A stretch of 64,000 nucleotides of DNA from Acinetobacter phage nACB2. The position numbers and the translations under genes were made by a program. Location of the stretch: sequence record OQ032512.1; one strand, written 5' to 3'. This document shows, one piece after another, positions 37,645 through 47,578 of this stretch (position 1 is the stretch's first letter; each line of letters starts with the position of its first letter). The notes under the pieces are model-generated. The model searched no databases and was not told the DNA's origin. It saw only the letters and a program-made list of their open reading frames with translations.

Positions 37645-37839
37645 ATGCTTTTTGAGATAAAGGCGTCCGAGTACGTTAATCTGAAACATGTTGCTTTCCT
37701 TAGTCTGGGGCGCTACGATCCGTATAGTTCAACGTACTCTTTTGTAGAGGTTACAATGACATCAGGTATCAAAATGACATTCGAACGCGTTGAAAATATA
37801 GTGGTTGTTAATATGAAAGCCAAAATGGGTGAGTTATGA
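37645..37839 (+). CDS. hypothetical small protein (start moved to the ATG after the terminator)
   Basis: The track ORF at 37588 would encode the terminator hairpin. The ATG at about 37645 (MLFEIKASEY) follows ggataatacaATG. Confidence 0.35.
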   Translation: MLFEIKASEYVNLKHVAFLSLGRYDPYSSTYSFVEVTMTSGIKMTFERVENIVVVNMKAKMGEL

Positions 37840-38162
37840 ATGAAAGACATAAAGCTGCTAGCGTCAACCTGCTAAAGATAATGGAACAAAAACTCAAGTT
37901 ATTCGAGAATACTAATTCTGTTAAAGAGCTTTTTGAAATGGTTTGTCGCAGTATTGAATCTGAACAGGACTTTCATGCTACGGTGAAAGATGGTGGTATC
38001 GTCTATTCAAAAGAATATACCATGAAGGGTATGGCTAGTATAGAAGCAATACAAGGTATGTGTATAGAACTTACATTACGATATGGGCCATACGTAAAAA
38101 CAGCAAAACCTACCAGTATGCGCTCTGTTAAGATAGAACTATACGGAGAAGCCTTCCAATGA
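37836..38162 (+). CDS. hypothetical protein
   Basis: 108 aa ORF. Confidence 0.4.
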   Translation: MNERHKAASVNLLKIMEQKLKLFENTNSVKELFEMVCRSIESEQDFHATVKDGGIVYSKEYTMKGMASIEAIQGMCIELTLRYGPYVKTAKPTSMRSVKIELYGEAFQ

Positions 38163-38184
38163 TTTGATTATTTTACAAACCCAA

Positions 38185-38217
38185 GCCCTGAGTTTATAAT
38201 AGTTCAGGGCTTTTTAT
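38185..38217 (+). terminator. GCCCTGA-gtttataatagt-TCAGGGC hairpin plus T-run
   Basis: Seen in the sequence; the same family as 37599-37634. Confidence 0.55.
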
Positions 38218-38228
38218 TTGGTAGCAAT

Positions 38229-39293
38229 ATGATTTATGAACTAATAGGCTACGTGAATCAGGTAGGCATGCGGCTTGAAGGCTTCAAGCGCGTCAGAGAC
38301 AACGTTTGGAATGCGCGTTGCCCTATCTGCGGCGATAGTCAACAAAGAAAGGGTAAACAGCGTTTCTATATCCATCCTGATAAGGAACGCACAACACTTA
38401 TGACTTCTTGTCGCAACTGTTCATACGCATCACCTTTTCTCTATTTCTTGAAAGACCACTACAATGACTTATATCTACAAGCTATTATGGATATATTCAA
38501 GAATAAGGCTGAACGCAAGCCCAAGAAGGTTGAACAACCAGTTGAAGCCGAAGTTACATTAGATGAAACAAACGTTGAGCGCCCCTTTCTTGAACCCATT
38601 GAAGGTCTTGACAATCTTCATCCAGTAATGAAATACGTGAATTCTAGATACATTCCTAAGCAGAGATTCTCTAGACTTGCTTGGTGCGAGAACTTCAAAG
38701 AATTCAGTTTGAAGTTTCCAGAGTATCAAGAAAACAATGAGATGCCCGAAGATATGCGTTTGTTGATACCATTCTATGACTCAAACAATAGAATGACACA
38801 TATTCAGGCTCGAGCTATTGACCCTAACGCATACATTCGATACATTACATTGAAGTTAGATGAGAAAGCGCCTAAATGGTTTGGCGTTGAAAGTCTGAAG
38901 GAAGGTAAACGCTACGTGATTGAGGGACCAATTGATAGTTTATTTCTACCTAACTGTGTAGCCACAGCAGATGCTAACTTATTATCGTATCCGGATGGAG
39001 ACATATACATTCCAGATAATCAATATAGAAACAAAGAAATTGTTCAAATTGTTGAACGCATTATTGATTCAGGAAAGTCTGTAGTTTTGTTTCCGTCCTC
39101 ATTTGCCCATAAAGATATCAATGACGCCGTTATAGACGGAGTACCTTTGTCTGAAATCTATATGATAATCAAAAGTAACACATTCAAAGGTTTAGCAGCT
39201 AAACTTGAATGGTCTCAACGTCAAAAGGTAGTGACTAACAATGGATTTAAGCGTAGAAGAAATAAAGCACATAATAACTTCTCTGGATTTTAG
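38229..39293 (+). CDS. 61: DNA primase (gp61-like, zinc-ribbon plus Toprim)
   Basis: ARCPICGDS...CRNCSY parallels T4 gp61 FRCPVCGDS...CYNCNY, and RYVIEGPIDSLFLPN parallels VYVLEGPIDSLFIEN. Confidence 0.8.
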   Translation: MIYELIGYVNQVGMRLEGFKRVRDNVWNARCPICGDSQQRKGKQRFYIHPDKERTTLMTSCRNCSYASPFLYFLKDHYNDLYLQAIMDIFKNKAERKPKKVEQPVEAEVTLDETNVERPFLEPIEGLDNLHPVMKYVNSRYIPKQRFSRLAWCENFKEFSLKFPEYQENNEMPEDMRLLIPFYDSNNRMTHIQARAIDPNAYIRYITLKLDEKAPKWFGVESLKEGKRYVIEGPIDSLFLPNCVATADANLLSYPDGDIYIPDNQYRNKEIVQIVERIIDSGKSVVLFPSSFAHKDINDAVIDGVPLSEIYMIIKSNTFKGLAAKLEWSQRQKVVTNNGFKRRRNKAHNNFSGF

Positions 39294-39633
39294 AATCCAC
39301 AAGATGGAGGAAGATTTTCATCAGGTGCGATATCCTGACCCAGATGAAAGAATTAGATTTATCAAAGGGTATAGAAAACTATCTGAAAAGTTCAAAGAGG
39401 TTTTGGAATCTGCGTTTGATGACGGAAAATCAAATTTCTCAGTTCCGTCTACCATAGATGGTTTAATAGAAGTAACCAAGGTCAAGGCTTTTAGTGATAC
39501 AGAACAACTGAATGAGTTTCTAACAAGGAAATGTGTCAATAAGGTTGTTTCTATAACTCCATGGCTGCGTAACCATGGTTACGCAGAATATCTTTTAACA
39601 TACACTGAGATAGTCGAAAACATTGATCAGTAA
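39241..39633 (+). CDS. hypothetical protein
   Basis: 130 aa ORF overlapping the primase 3' end. Confidence 0.35.
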   Translation: MDLSVEEIKHIITSLDFRIHKMEEDFHQVRYPDPDERIRFIKGYRKLSEKFKEVLESAFDDGKSNFSVPSTIDGLIEVTKVKAFSDTEQLNEFLTRKCVNKVVSITPWLRNHGYAEYLLTYTEIVENIDQ

Positions 39634-39666
39634 ATTGCGAATTTTGTAATTTTTGGTCTGTAAAGT

Positions 39667-40116
39667 ATGGATCAAAACACATATATTTTTACACAACCAC
39701 ACGGTAGTTTGGAGAACATTATGCAATACTACGCTTTGAGTCTTTCTTCTGAGATATCAGATTTTATGAAAAGTCGTATGACAGATATGGGGCGCGGAGT
39801 CTTCACCTTATCCCATATTCCAGCTAGACACTTTTTAGATTCATTCCGTCATCCTGGATATACTGTAGATGACAAATACGATTACGTTTCTCTAGCTGTA
39901 CTGCGCGGAGAAATACCATTTGAAGAAATACAGAATATGACAGAACAATGTAACGCCGTTTTAGTCACTGTTTTCGATGGAAAGTTGAGTGTCAATGGCG
40001 GTACATTGAAGACTAATGATATAGCCGTAATAAAGTCTGGAGATAGCATACGCCCATCAGCTAATGCACTTTGGGGTCTATTACCTTACGGTTCAGCAGT
40101 AGTTGCGACTATTTGA
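39667..40116 (+). CDS. hypothetical protein
   Basis: 149 aa ORF. Confidence 0.4.
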   Translation: MDQNTYIFTQPHGSLENIMQYYALSLSSEISDFMKSRMTDMGRGVFTLSHIPARHFLDSFRHPGYTVDDKYDYVSLAVLRGEIPFEEIQNMTEQCNAVLVTVFDGKLSVNGGTLKTNDIAVIKSGDSIRPSANALWGLLPYGSAVVATI

Positions 40117-40188
40117 TTTTTATTCATTTCAGTAAATGACTCTATAATAGACGCAGATTGATATATTACCATTCTTTTGAGGAATACA

Positions 40189-42750
40189 ATGCAACTTCAC
40201 GACACAGATCAAACCGTTTCAGTATCAGGCGGTACAGCTATTCAGATGACAATGGACGCCAACTCGGCTATTGGCTTTTCTCTTTCTATTGACAAATTGT
40301 ACGTTCATAAAATTGAGTCAGTGATTCGAGAAATTTGCTCCAACGCTCGTGACTCCCACGTAGAAGCTGGAAAAGCGGATGTGCCGTTTGAAATTTACCT
40401 TCCGTCTGAAATTTCTCCGTACCTTGTTATTAAAGATCAAGGTACAGGTTTGAATGAAGCTGATGCTATCAAATATCTGTCTCAGTTGTATTCTTCCTCT
40501 AAGCAAAATACAAACAAAGCAGTGGGCGCTTATGGCATCGGAGCCAAATCCCCTTTTGCTATCTCAGATTCATATAACATTGAATGTATCAAAGATGGTG
40601 TGAAGTGTTCATTCCAGTTCTTCCGTTCTGGGCGCAGCCTACCACAGTTAATGCTTTTAGATAAGTCTACGACAGATGAACCAAACGGCGTAGCTTTCCG
40701 TATTCACGTACGCGATCTTCAACGCAAGAAATATGAAGATGCTCTGAAGACTCAGATGTTCATGTTCGAGCCTAAACCTAATATTGACGGTGCAGCATGG
40801 CCATATGATAGACCTTCGTTGACTCTAGAGCGCGGAAATGTTCGAGCGTACAGAGCTGAAGATCAGCGTGAATTCTTCGGCGCTTTTGCTCTGGAAATGG
40901 GTGGCGTGACGTATCCATTCAAACCAGATTCTGTAAATCCTGAGTGCGAACAGTTATTCAAAGCTATTCAACAGACGCTAGGTTATAATGAAATTGTTGT
41001 GATTAGTGTTCCTATTGGTAGTGTAGAAGTACCAGGAGACCGCGAGCGCGTAGAATATAGCGACTTCACAATTGAAAATCTAGTGAAGGAGTTGCATAGT
41101 GTAGGGGATGCGTTTACTAAAGACAAGACAGAAGAATACTTGAAAAACTTTTCTGAAGTCAAAAACTTTCTTGAGGCAACAAGATTAGCCGCAGACTTTT
41201 CCGGAGAGATGAAGTATATGCTTCCGTTTGTGAGAAATACAAACGGCATGGAAAATTACAAAGAATGGACTATGTATGAGAAGCCTATCATCAACGAAAA
41301 GGGTGAAGTGGTAAATGTGACAATGCGTTTTGCCCCTTATAATACAGAACGTAGCGACTTTCACTGGACTTTCTCTGCGCCATTTTTTGAAGATACGCAT
41401 GTAGTGCAAACGACAGACGAGAAGGGGCAGAAAGTAGATAAGGTTGTTAAGAATTACAATCCAAAATATTCTTTTTCAAAAGCTTCCGTAGCGTATAATA
41501 GCACAAAGGTTGTTTTGGATCAATATGAGCATATAAAAATTTGGTCTTCAGGACAAGCATCGCGTTTCGACAACATGACTGTAATATTAGTTGATACAAA
41601 TTCTAAACCAGTTGCTAAGACAATAGAACTCTGGTTAGCAGAACCTACTACAACTGTATCTAATCGTAATATATACGTTGTTCGTTGCGCTGACAAGAGT
41701 TATGATTTTTCTGAGTTTGAATACATTCTTTCAGAATCTTTACCTGTAAACGTGAATATTGTGCGTTTATCTGAGCTGAAGTACACTAAGGCAGCAACAG
41801 ATAAAGTAAGCAACGCTGCTGGTTTTAGACGTATGCCAGCTGTTCTTGATTTGTTTGTACCAGAAACTAGGAAAACTCGCTTTGATACAAAGCCGTCTCA
41901 AATTAAGATGTCCGAACTTCAAGAACACTTCAAGGCTTATGATGAAGACAATTTGGATGAATCTCAATTCTTCGCATACGGTTATTTTGACGTTGACACA
42001 AACACAATATATTCAGATCCTGAACATAAGCAAAAGGTGGACATGAAAGCCCTTTCTATCATGACCACGGCTAGATACTTCGGAAAGTCAATTCTGTTGA
42101 TGTCTAAAACAGCAGCTAAGAAATACGGAGAAATTATCTCTGAGACAGGTATTCCTAATATTTCGGAGTTGTCGGACGCTGATAAGTGGTTCAAAACTTT
42201 AAGTTTAGAATGTAAATCCATTTGGATGTTCATATTGCGTTATCAATCGGTAACTATGAATAGCACAGCTCGCGAAAATCTAAACTATTTGGATGATTAT
42301 TTCTACAAAGTAGCTGAAGAAATATTTGATGTCTATAATCCTAAAGAATATCGTTACAACTGCGAACTAAGATTCCAAAATTTCGTTAATGCCATTCACG
42401 GTATAAGTTATAACAGCACTAACATTCGCAAAAAGTTTTTCAAAGACGATACTGAAGACCTACAGCATTTCAAAGACGCTATTTCTGTATTGTTCTATGC
42501 AAAACATTATCCTAAATCTCAAATTGGACGCAAGATAAACAATATCTTTAGAAACATACAAGGGGGGTACGTTGAAGAACGTGCAAAATCATTAGTGGAA
42601 AAGACTAAGAAAAATAATTCTGTACCAGAATCCTTTACTGAGTTTTTAGTTTATACGGCTCTGAATACTTTATCAGAATCGGATGCATTGAAAGCTGCAA
42701 TACGTTTTGAGAAACAAAGAACTATCTTTGATTTTAGTTTCCAAAATTGA
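40189..42750 (+). CDS. rIIA: rIIA-like protein with an N-terminal GHKL (Bergerat-fold) ATPase domain
   Basis: N-box REICSNARDS, G1 box VIKDQGTGL and G2 box GAYGIGAKS. The large size and the downstream partner gene fit rIIA. The track start is TTG 40177; ATG is at 40189. Confidence 0.55.
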   Translation: MQLHDTDQTVSVSGGTAIQMTMDANSAIGFSLSIDKLYVHKIESVIREICSNARDSHVEAGKADVPFEIYLPSEISPYLVIKDQGTGLNEADAIKYLSQLYSSSKQNTNKAVGAYGIGAKSPFAISDSYNIECIKDGVKCSFQFFRSGRSLPQLMLLDKSTTDEPNGVAFRIHVRDLQRKKYEDALKTQMFMFEPKPNIDGAAWPYDRPSLTLERGNVRAYRAEDQREFFGAFALEMGGVTYPFKPDSVNPECEQLFKAIQQTLGYNEIVVISVPIGSVEVPGDRERVEYSDFTIENLVKELHSVGDAFTKDKTEEYLKNFSEVKNFLEATRLAADFSGEMKYMLPFVRNTNGMENYKEWTMYEKPIINEKGEVVNVTMRFAPYNTERSDFHWTFSAPFFEDTHVVQTTDEKGQKVDKVVKNYNPKYSFSKASVAYNSTKVVLDQYEHIKIWSSGQASRFDNMTVILVDTNSKPVAKTIELWLAEPTTTVSNRNIYVVRCADKSYDFSEFEYILSESLPVNVNIVRLSELKYTKAATDKVSNAAGFRRMPAVLDLFVPETRKTRFDTKPSQIKMSELQEHFKAYDEDNLDESQFFAYGYFDVDTNTIYSDPEHKQKVDMKALSIMTTARYFGKSILLMSKTAAKKYGEIISETGIPNISELSDADKWFKTLSLECKSIWMFILRYQSVTMNSTARENLNYLDDYFYKVAEEIFDVYNPKEYRYNCELRFQNFVNAIHGISYNSTNIRKKFFKDDTEDLQHFKDAISVLFYAKHYPKSQIGRKINNIFRNIQGGYVEERAKSLVEKTKKNNSVPESFTEFLVYTALNTLSESDALKAAIRFEKQRTIFDFSFQN

Positions 42751-42754
42751 TTTT

Positions 42755-42791
42755 TAACTTAAATTGGAACTGACTCTATAATAGGTCAGTT
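42755..42791 (+). promoter_or_regulatory. TTAACT-17-TATAAT promoter whose -10 lies in the loop of a 7 bp hairpin (aactgac/gtcagtt)
   Basis: The gactctataatag motif also occurs 40 nt upstream of rIIA (40138-40150). Confidence 0.45.
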
Positions 42792-42810
42792 CCCAACTAG
42801 GAGAAGCCCA

Positions 42811-43935
42811 ATGGCTGTCAAATACACAGATGCACAAAAGAAAGATTACGCTATCAAAGCATGTAAAATCATCAAATCTGGTGGTTCTATTAACTCAGCT
42901 GCTAAAGAATTGGGTATTGCGAACCGTACTATCAAAAGCTGGATCGAGCAATACGCCCCTGCTGAAGCTACTGATAAAGACGGTAAAGAAGTTGAAGTCG
43001 AAACGACTCGAAAAGCGAAAGCAAAGCGCCAACCAGCAGCGAGCACCACTCGACGCAAAAAAGCAGGTGGAAGTAAAACCACTAAACCGAAACAGCAGAA
43101 AGCTACTACAGCAGAAGTTGGAACGGAAGCGCAAACTACAGGATCGGTGGAGCTGAAAGTTATCACTCTTCCAAACAGTACTGTAATCGCAATTGCTTCT
43201 CAAAGCCATGAAGTGAAAAAAGATCACCCTCGTTTCAACCAAATCAACATATTCTTGAGCAAAGTGGTTGATAATGTTATTACAGAAGATCAAGCCAAAG
43301 AACTTGAAAACCTAATTGAAGGCGAACAGGTTACTCAGCTGAAGACTTGGTCGCAGGGTAAACTTTCTATTGACAACGGCGTTGTGCGTTGGGATGGTAA
43401 ACCTCTTGTTGGCGGTCTGAAAGAAGTTATGTTGCGTCTGGCGGCTTCTGGAGATACGAAACGCCTCAAAAACTTCTCTGCTTTCATTGAGAAGGTGCGT
43501 CAGTGTGTATCTTATAAAGTCAACCAACGCTTCTTTGACTTTATCTCAAAGAACAGCCTTCAGATCACTGAAGATGGTGATATTATTGCATTCAAAGTAG
43601 TTCGTCATGACTATAAAGATAAACACTCTGGCACATTTGACAATAGCGTAGGCAAAACAGTCCAGATGCCTCGAAACGAAGTGGATGACCAAGACACAAA
43701 TACTTGTTCTAATGGTCTACACATTTGCTCTGAATCCTACATTAAGTCATTCAGCAGCTCTAATGACCGCCTAGTGTTAGTGAAAGTAGATCCACGCGAT
43801 ATCGTGTCTATCCCAACAGACTACAATTCGTCAAAGTGCCGAACATGCCGTTACACTGTAGTGAAAGACGTTACTGATGAATGGAAAGCTGGAAAGCATA
43901 TCCAATACACAGACGACTATAAGTTCAAAGCGTAA
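42811..43935 (+). CDS. rIIB: rIIB-like protein (N-terminal HTH, a K/A/T-rich low-complexity linker, and a C-terminal domain)
   Basis: Positioned immediately after the rIIA-like gene; N-terminal HTH SINSAAKELGIANRTIKSW. The opposite-frame ORFs over 42830-43293 are low-complexity artefacts. Confidence 0.4.
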   Translation: MAVKYTDAQKKDYAIKACKIIKSGGSINSAAKELGIANRTIKSWIEQYAPAEATDKDGKEVEVETTRKAKAKRQPAASTTRRKKAGGSKTTKPKQQKATTAEVGTEAQTTGSVELKVITLPNSTVIAIASQSHEVKKDHPRFNQINIFLSKVVDNVITEDQAKELENLIEGEQVTQLKTWSQGKLSIDNGVVRWDGKPLVGGLKEVMLRLAASGDTKRLKNFSAFIEKVRQCVSYKVNQRFFDFISKNSLQITEDGDIIAFKVVRHDYKDKHSGTFDNSVGKTVQMPRNEVDDQDTNTCSNGLHICSESYIKSFSSSNDRLVLVKVDPRDIVSIPTDYNSSKCRTCRYTVVKDVTDEWKAGKHIQYTDDYKFKA

Positions 43936-44353
43936 TGGTTTCGGGGGAGAAATCCCCCACTTTGGTGAAATGGATATGACAATCTTTTATATTGACTTAA
44001 AACAACGAATAGATGGCTGCTACGGCGCTTCTAATCTGAAACACGAAATACAACAGCGCGTTGAAGCTGGATACATCGTGCATTTAGACCTTAGCAATCT
44101 AACTAAAATACCTCAGTTAGACTTTTTTGAAGAAGGTATTTCTGAAATTATTACTGATGGTATGCCTTTAGAAAAATTGAAAGCGCATCTGAAGTTTAAA
44201 TGTTCTGAATCTGATCTTTTGAAGATTGTTGAATTATTGAAACAAGCAGAAAAGTCTAGATTCAATGCGCTGCGAAACAAAGATGTTTTGGGGCACTTAA
44301 AAGACACAATCAAAGGGTTCGGAAACAACCCAGTAGTATCACGGGGGCAGTGA
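43877..44353 (+). CDS. hypothetical protein
   Basis: 158 aa ORF. Confidence 0.4.
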   Translation: MNGKLESISNTQTTISSKRNGFGGEIPHFGEMDMTIFYIDLKQRIDGCYGASNLKHEIQQRVEAGYIVHLDLSNLTKIPQLDFFEEGISEIITDGMPLEKLKAHLKFKCSESDLLKIVELLKQAEKSRFNALRNKDVLGHLKDTIKGFGNNPVVSRGQ

Positions 44354-44772
44354 TGAAGTTTTATGTCGGTAGTGTAAAAATGGAACATGATGGTAAAAAC
44401 ATCTTTCTCACAACCGAGATAAAGCCCTCAGATGTTGAAGGTGTGAGTCCTTTATTAGATTGTGTAGCAAATCTAGACATCTGGGAATCTGATGATGTTG
44501 TAGAGTTGACATCAGCTATATGGTCTAAAAACGGTCTTTTACCATTTGATGTTATGTTTTTAACAAATTTCAGCGATGAAATAGTTTCTTATGAAGGTGA
44601 TGTTGATGTCATGTATATCAATATTCTAGACTTCAGATTGGCGCTAGTGAAGTTTGATGACTTCAATAGCTTATTCGTAGAGCGTAAACAGCTCAAACAA
44701 TTTGTGAATGCCCTAACAACTAACAGACAGGGTCGTTACACTCAACATGGGAGAAAGGCGCAATGCGCTTAA
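44350..44772 (+). CDS. hypothetical protein
   Basis: 140 aa ORF. Confidence 0.4.
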   Translation: MMKFYVGSVKMEHDGKNIFLTTEIKPSDVEGVSPLLDCVANLDIWESDDVVELTSAIWSKNGLLPFDVMFLTNFSDEIVSYEGDVDVMYINILDFRLALVKFDDFNSLFVERKQLKQFVNALTTNRQGRYTQHGRKAQCA

Positions 44773-45575
44773 ATTTAAATCAGTATGGTATTTTACCTAA
44801 AATTGCTGCTATTGTTATTGCTATTATTGTGGGGTTGATTTTCTTATCATCTCTGTTCTTCACTGTACCAACAGGTCATAAAGGTATTGTAACTCAATTC
44901 AATGAATTGCATACGGTGAAAGACTCAGGCTTGAACTTCAAAATGCCATTTATACAAAAGGTGATCTTGGTAGACACGCGTACTGCTAAGGCTGAAACAG
45001 CTATTCAAGCAAACACGCGTGACATGCAACGCGTGTCGTCAAAAGTTGTAGTGAACTATCATATTAATCCGTCTAGTATTGAAAAATTGTTCAGTCAGAC
45101 AGGTTTGGACATTGAAACAAAGATCATCGATCCGCGTATCCAAGAAGCAACTAAATCCGTTGTGACAAAATATACAGCCGATCAATTGACAAAACAACGC
45201 GATGACGTGAAGAATGCTTTGTCTGTTGACTTAACAACGCGCCTTGCAAAGTACGGTATTGTAGTTGAAGACGTTCAGGTCACTGAATTCACTTTCTCCA
45301 AAGTTTTCTATGACTCAATCGAATCTAAGCAGATTGCTGAACAAAGTGCATTGAAGGCTGAAAATGACCTCAAGCGTATCGAAGTAGAAGCGAAACAAAA
45401 GATTGAAATGGCAAAGGCTGAAGCCGAAGCTATTCGCATTCAATCTGAAGCTGTTCGAGCTCAGGGTGGTACTGAATATGTACAGTTGAAAGCTATTGAA
45501 AAGTGGTCTGGTAAACTTCCTGAAACTGTAGTTGGCGGCAACGGCGCTCTTCCATTCATCAATGTAGGTAAATGA
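44763..45575 (+). CDS. SPFH/band-7 (prohibitin/HflC-like) membrane protein
   Basis: N-terminal transmembrane segment IAAIVIAIIVGLIFL, then an SPFH core (GHKGIVTQFNE..., TRDMQRV...) and a C-terminal AEAEA coiled-coil. Confidence 0.8.
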   Translation: MRLNLNQYGILPKIAAIVIAIIVGLIFLSSLFFTVPTGHKGIVTQFNELHTVKDSGLNFKMPFIQKVILVDTRTAKAETAIQANTRDMQRVSSKVVVNYHINPSSIEKLFSQTGLDIETKIIDPRIQEATKSVVTKYTADQLTKQRDDVKNALSVDLTTRLAKYGIVVEDVQVTEFTFSKVFYDSIESKQIAEQSALKAENDLKRIEVEAKQKIEMAKAEAEAIRIQSEAVRAQGGTEYVQLKAIEKWSGKLPETVVGGNGALPFINVGK

Positions 45576-45994
45576 TCATGAAAAAGTATTATGGTACAAA
45601 AGTATTAACAGCTGTTTCAATGACATTAGGTGCGTATAATCACACTCGTGGTTGGAATCTACCACCCAATGAAGATCCTGAAACAGAAGGTTATTTGGTT
45701 TGTTACCCAGACCAAAAACCAAATGTTGAAGGTTTTGATGGTTACGTTTCTTGGTCACCTAAAGATGTATTTGAAAAAACCTATAAAGAATTACCTGAGC
45801 GCGCATTGCCTCATCAAGAACGAGTGGATGTTGAACGCGCTCAGTTGAATGAACGCGCTGAAGGTCTTGAGTCATTCATTGGTTCAAGCGCATTCTTTGC
45901 CTTACCTCAGATTGAGCAAAAAAGTCTCACTGAACAACTTGAAGCCATGGTGTGGTACCGTGACATTTTAGATCAGCGGATCTCGCGTTTCTAA
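45572..45994 (+). CDS. hypothetical protein
   Basis: 140 aa ORF. Confidence 0.4.
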   Translation: MIMKKYYGTKVLTAVSMTLGAYNHTRGWNLPPNEDPETEGYLVCYPDQKPNVEGFDGYVSWSPKDVFEKTYKELPERALPHQERVDVERAQLNERAEGLESFIGSSAFFALPQIEQKSLTEQLEAMVWYRDILDQRISRF

Positions 45995-46010
45995 AATACA
46001 GTCTTTGGAA

Positions 46011-46036
46011 AAGGAGCTTTATAGCTCCTTTTTCTT
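46011..46036 (+). terminator. GGAGCT-ttat-AGCTCC hairpin plus T-run
   Basis: aaaaggagctttatagctcctttttcttttt. Confidence 0.55.
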
Positions 46037-46225
46037 TTTACATTAATACCTTTATGATAACTTAATGGAAGACATTATGCCAATGATATACTTGGTGTAC
46101 TGCGTAACATTTGTTATAGTAGCTGGTTACGCAAATGACAAACTCATTCACCCTAGCGTGTTTGTGCCTTTATCCTTGGCTGCTTCTTTAGTAGCTTCTT
46201 TAATAGCATTCTGTTTAGGAGTAAG

Positions 46226-46690
46226 ATGATGAATGAGCAAGAACGTATAAAATCAGATCAATCTTTTGATAGCGAGAGAATAGAGCTGACTAAAAAGTTG
46301 ATAGATGATCTATCATTTTTAGATTATTACAAAAAAGCCTACGTGAAGAGTGAAAGAGAAAGAATCACGGTGTATCTACCAGCTCATACTCCATTCTTGA
46401 ATGATGTATTGAATAGAAGCACTCTAGCTGTATCTCTTCAACACGACCTATTCTTGAAATATGAACTAGCTTTAACAGATTCAGCTGAAGTTCTACCAAT
46501 AAATACCGACCTTTTCCTTGGTAATAGCATGGTTCGTAACCGTATACAAGGGGTAGTGGTACCAATGATTGGAGTTTCGTTAAAAAGGGAAGCAGACGTA
46601 TTTGAAACAGTCACTTCCCTCATTATGTTTCAAAAGCATATAATGTCTACGCTTGAGAAACACTACTTTCCGATTGCAGGTTGCGAATGA
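46226..46690 (+). CDS. hypothetical protein
   Basis: 154 aa ORF. Confidence 0.4.
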   Translation: MMNEQERIKSDQSFDSERIELTKKLIDDLSFLDYYKKAYVKSERERITVYLPAHTPFLNDVLNRSTLAVSLQHDLFLKYELALTDSAEVLPINTDLFLGNSMVRNRIQGVVVPMIGVSLKREADVFETVTSLIMFQKHIMSTLEKHYFPIAGCE

Positions 46691-46949
46691 AGGCTTGTCT
46701 AGCCTTCTTCAATTCTCTGATCTTCTCGTAGGTTTGGTCATCGCAAGTCATAGCGCGTTCTACCTCTTCCAATGTATCGCAAACTAGAGCAATACCTGAA
46801 GGGAATGTAGAAATAACGTCTCCATTTTGTTCCACCTCTACTCTCATACCGTTGAAAGATGCGATGCGTCCAACGTTCCCAAAAGATTTATCAGCCTGAA
46901 GCGATATCATAACCGCAATGCGCCCTACTTCAATATTATTGTCGATCAT
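46647..46949 (-). CDS. hypothetical protein (lone minus-strand ORF in a plus-strand block)
   Basis: 100 aa ORF; it overlaps the 3' end of 46226-46690 by 44 nt. Confidence 0.35.
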   Translation of the reverse strand: MIDNNIEVGRIAVMISLQADKSFGNVGRIASFNGMRVEVEQNGDVISTFPSGIALVCDTLEEVERAMTCDDQTYEKIRELKKARQAFIRNLQSESSVSQA

Positions 46950-47023
46950 ATCAATTCTCTTTGATTTTTATCCCAAACCGTAATATATAGTATAATTCTC
47001 TGAACTACAACGGAGACCATACA

Positions 47024-47578
47024 ATGAATCTCGAAAATTTGCGCAACCTTATCCTTTCAATGGCAGACGTGTCAACGCGTATTGTAAATCACGTAGAACA
47101 CGGCTTAGACTCAACCCTATTGAGTCAAGGTTTGTTTCGAGTTTTTACAGCTAACTACGAAACTCAAGTGCGCCTTCCACACTCTCACAAATACGATTTT
47201 GCTTGTCTAGTGCTCAAAGGCTCTGTATTGAATCGCTTGTATACGCCTATTGAAAATAGCAAATACAAAGAAAATAACGAGCTTCACGCTGAGTATTGCG
47301 TGACTATTCAAACTGGACAGTTGGGCGACTATAAGTTCAATAGACGTCAACGCCAAGCGTTTCAGATTTCTGAAAAACTTCATACTGAAGGTGAATGGTA
47401 TCAAATGAACTCAGAAGACATCCACACCATTCGCTTCAGTAAAGGCGCAGTTGTATTGTTTATTGAAGGACCTGCTAAAACCGATCATGTTGAAGTTCTA
47501 TTTCCGTATGCATCTAATGGTCGAGCGTACAATCCGCTAGACGACAGCAAAACATTTCTTACAGGCGACAAAGTTTAA
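47024..47578 (+). CDS. hypothetical protein, possibly cupin-like
   Basis: PHSHKYDF..KG is reminiscent of cupin motif 1; this is weak. Confidence 0.35.
   Translation: MNLENLRNLILSMADVSTRIVNHVEHGLDSTLLSQGLFRVFTANYETQVRLPHSHKYDFACLVLKGSVLNRLYTPIENSKYKENNELHAEYCVTIQTGQLGDYKFNRRQRQAFQISEKLHTEGEWYQMNSEDIHTIRFSKGAVVLFIEGPAKTDHVEVLFPYASNGRAYNPLDDSKTFLTGDKV

Noticed and set aside
42830-43293. Four overlapping ORFs in both orientations within the rIIB-like gene
   Set aside because: They are produced by the K/A/T-rich low-complexity linker (gca/aaa/act-rich). The long plus-frame ORF 42811-43935 is the coherent gene.
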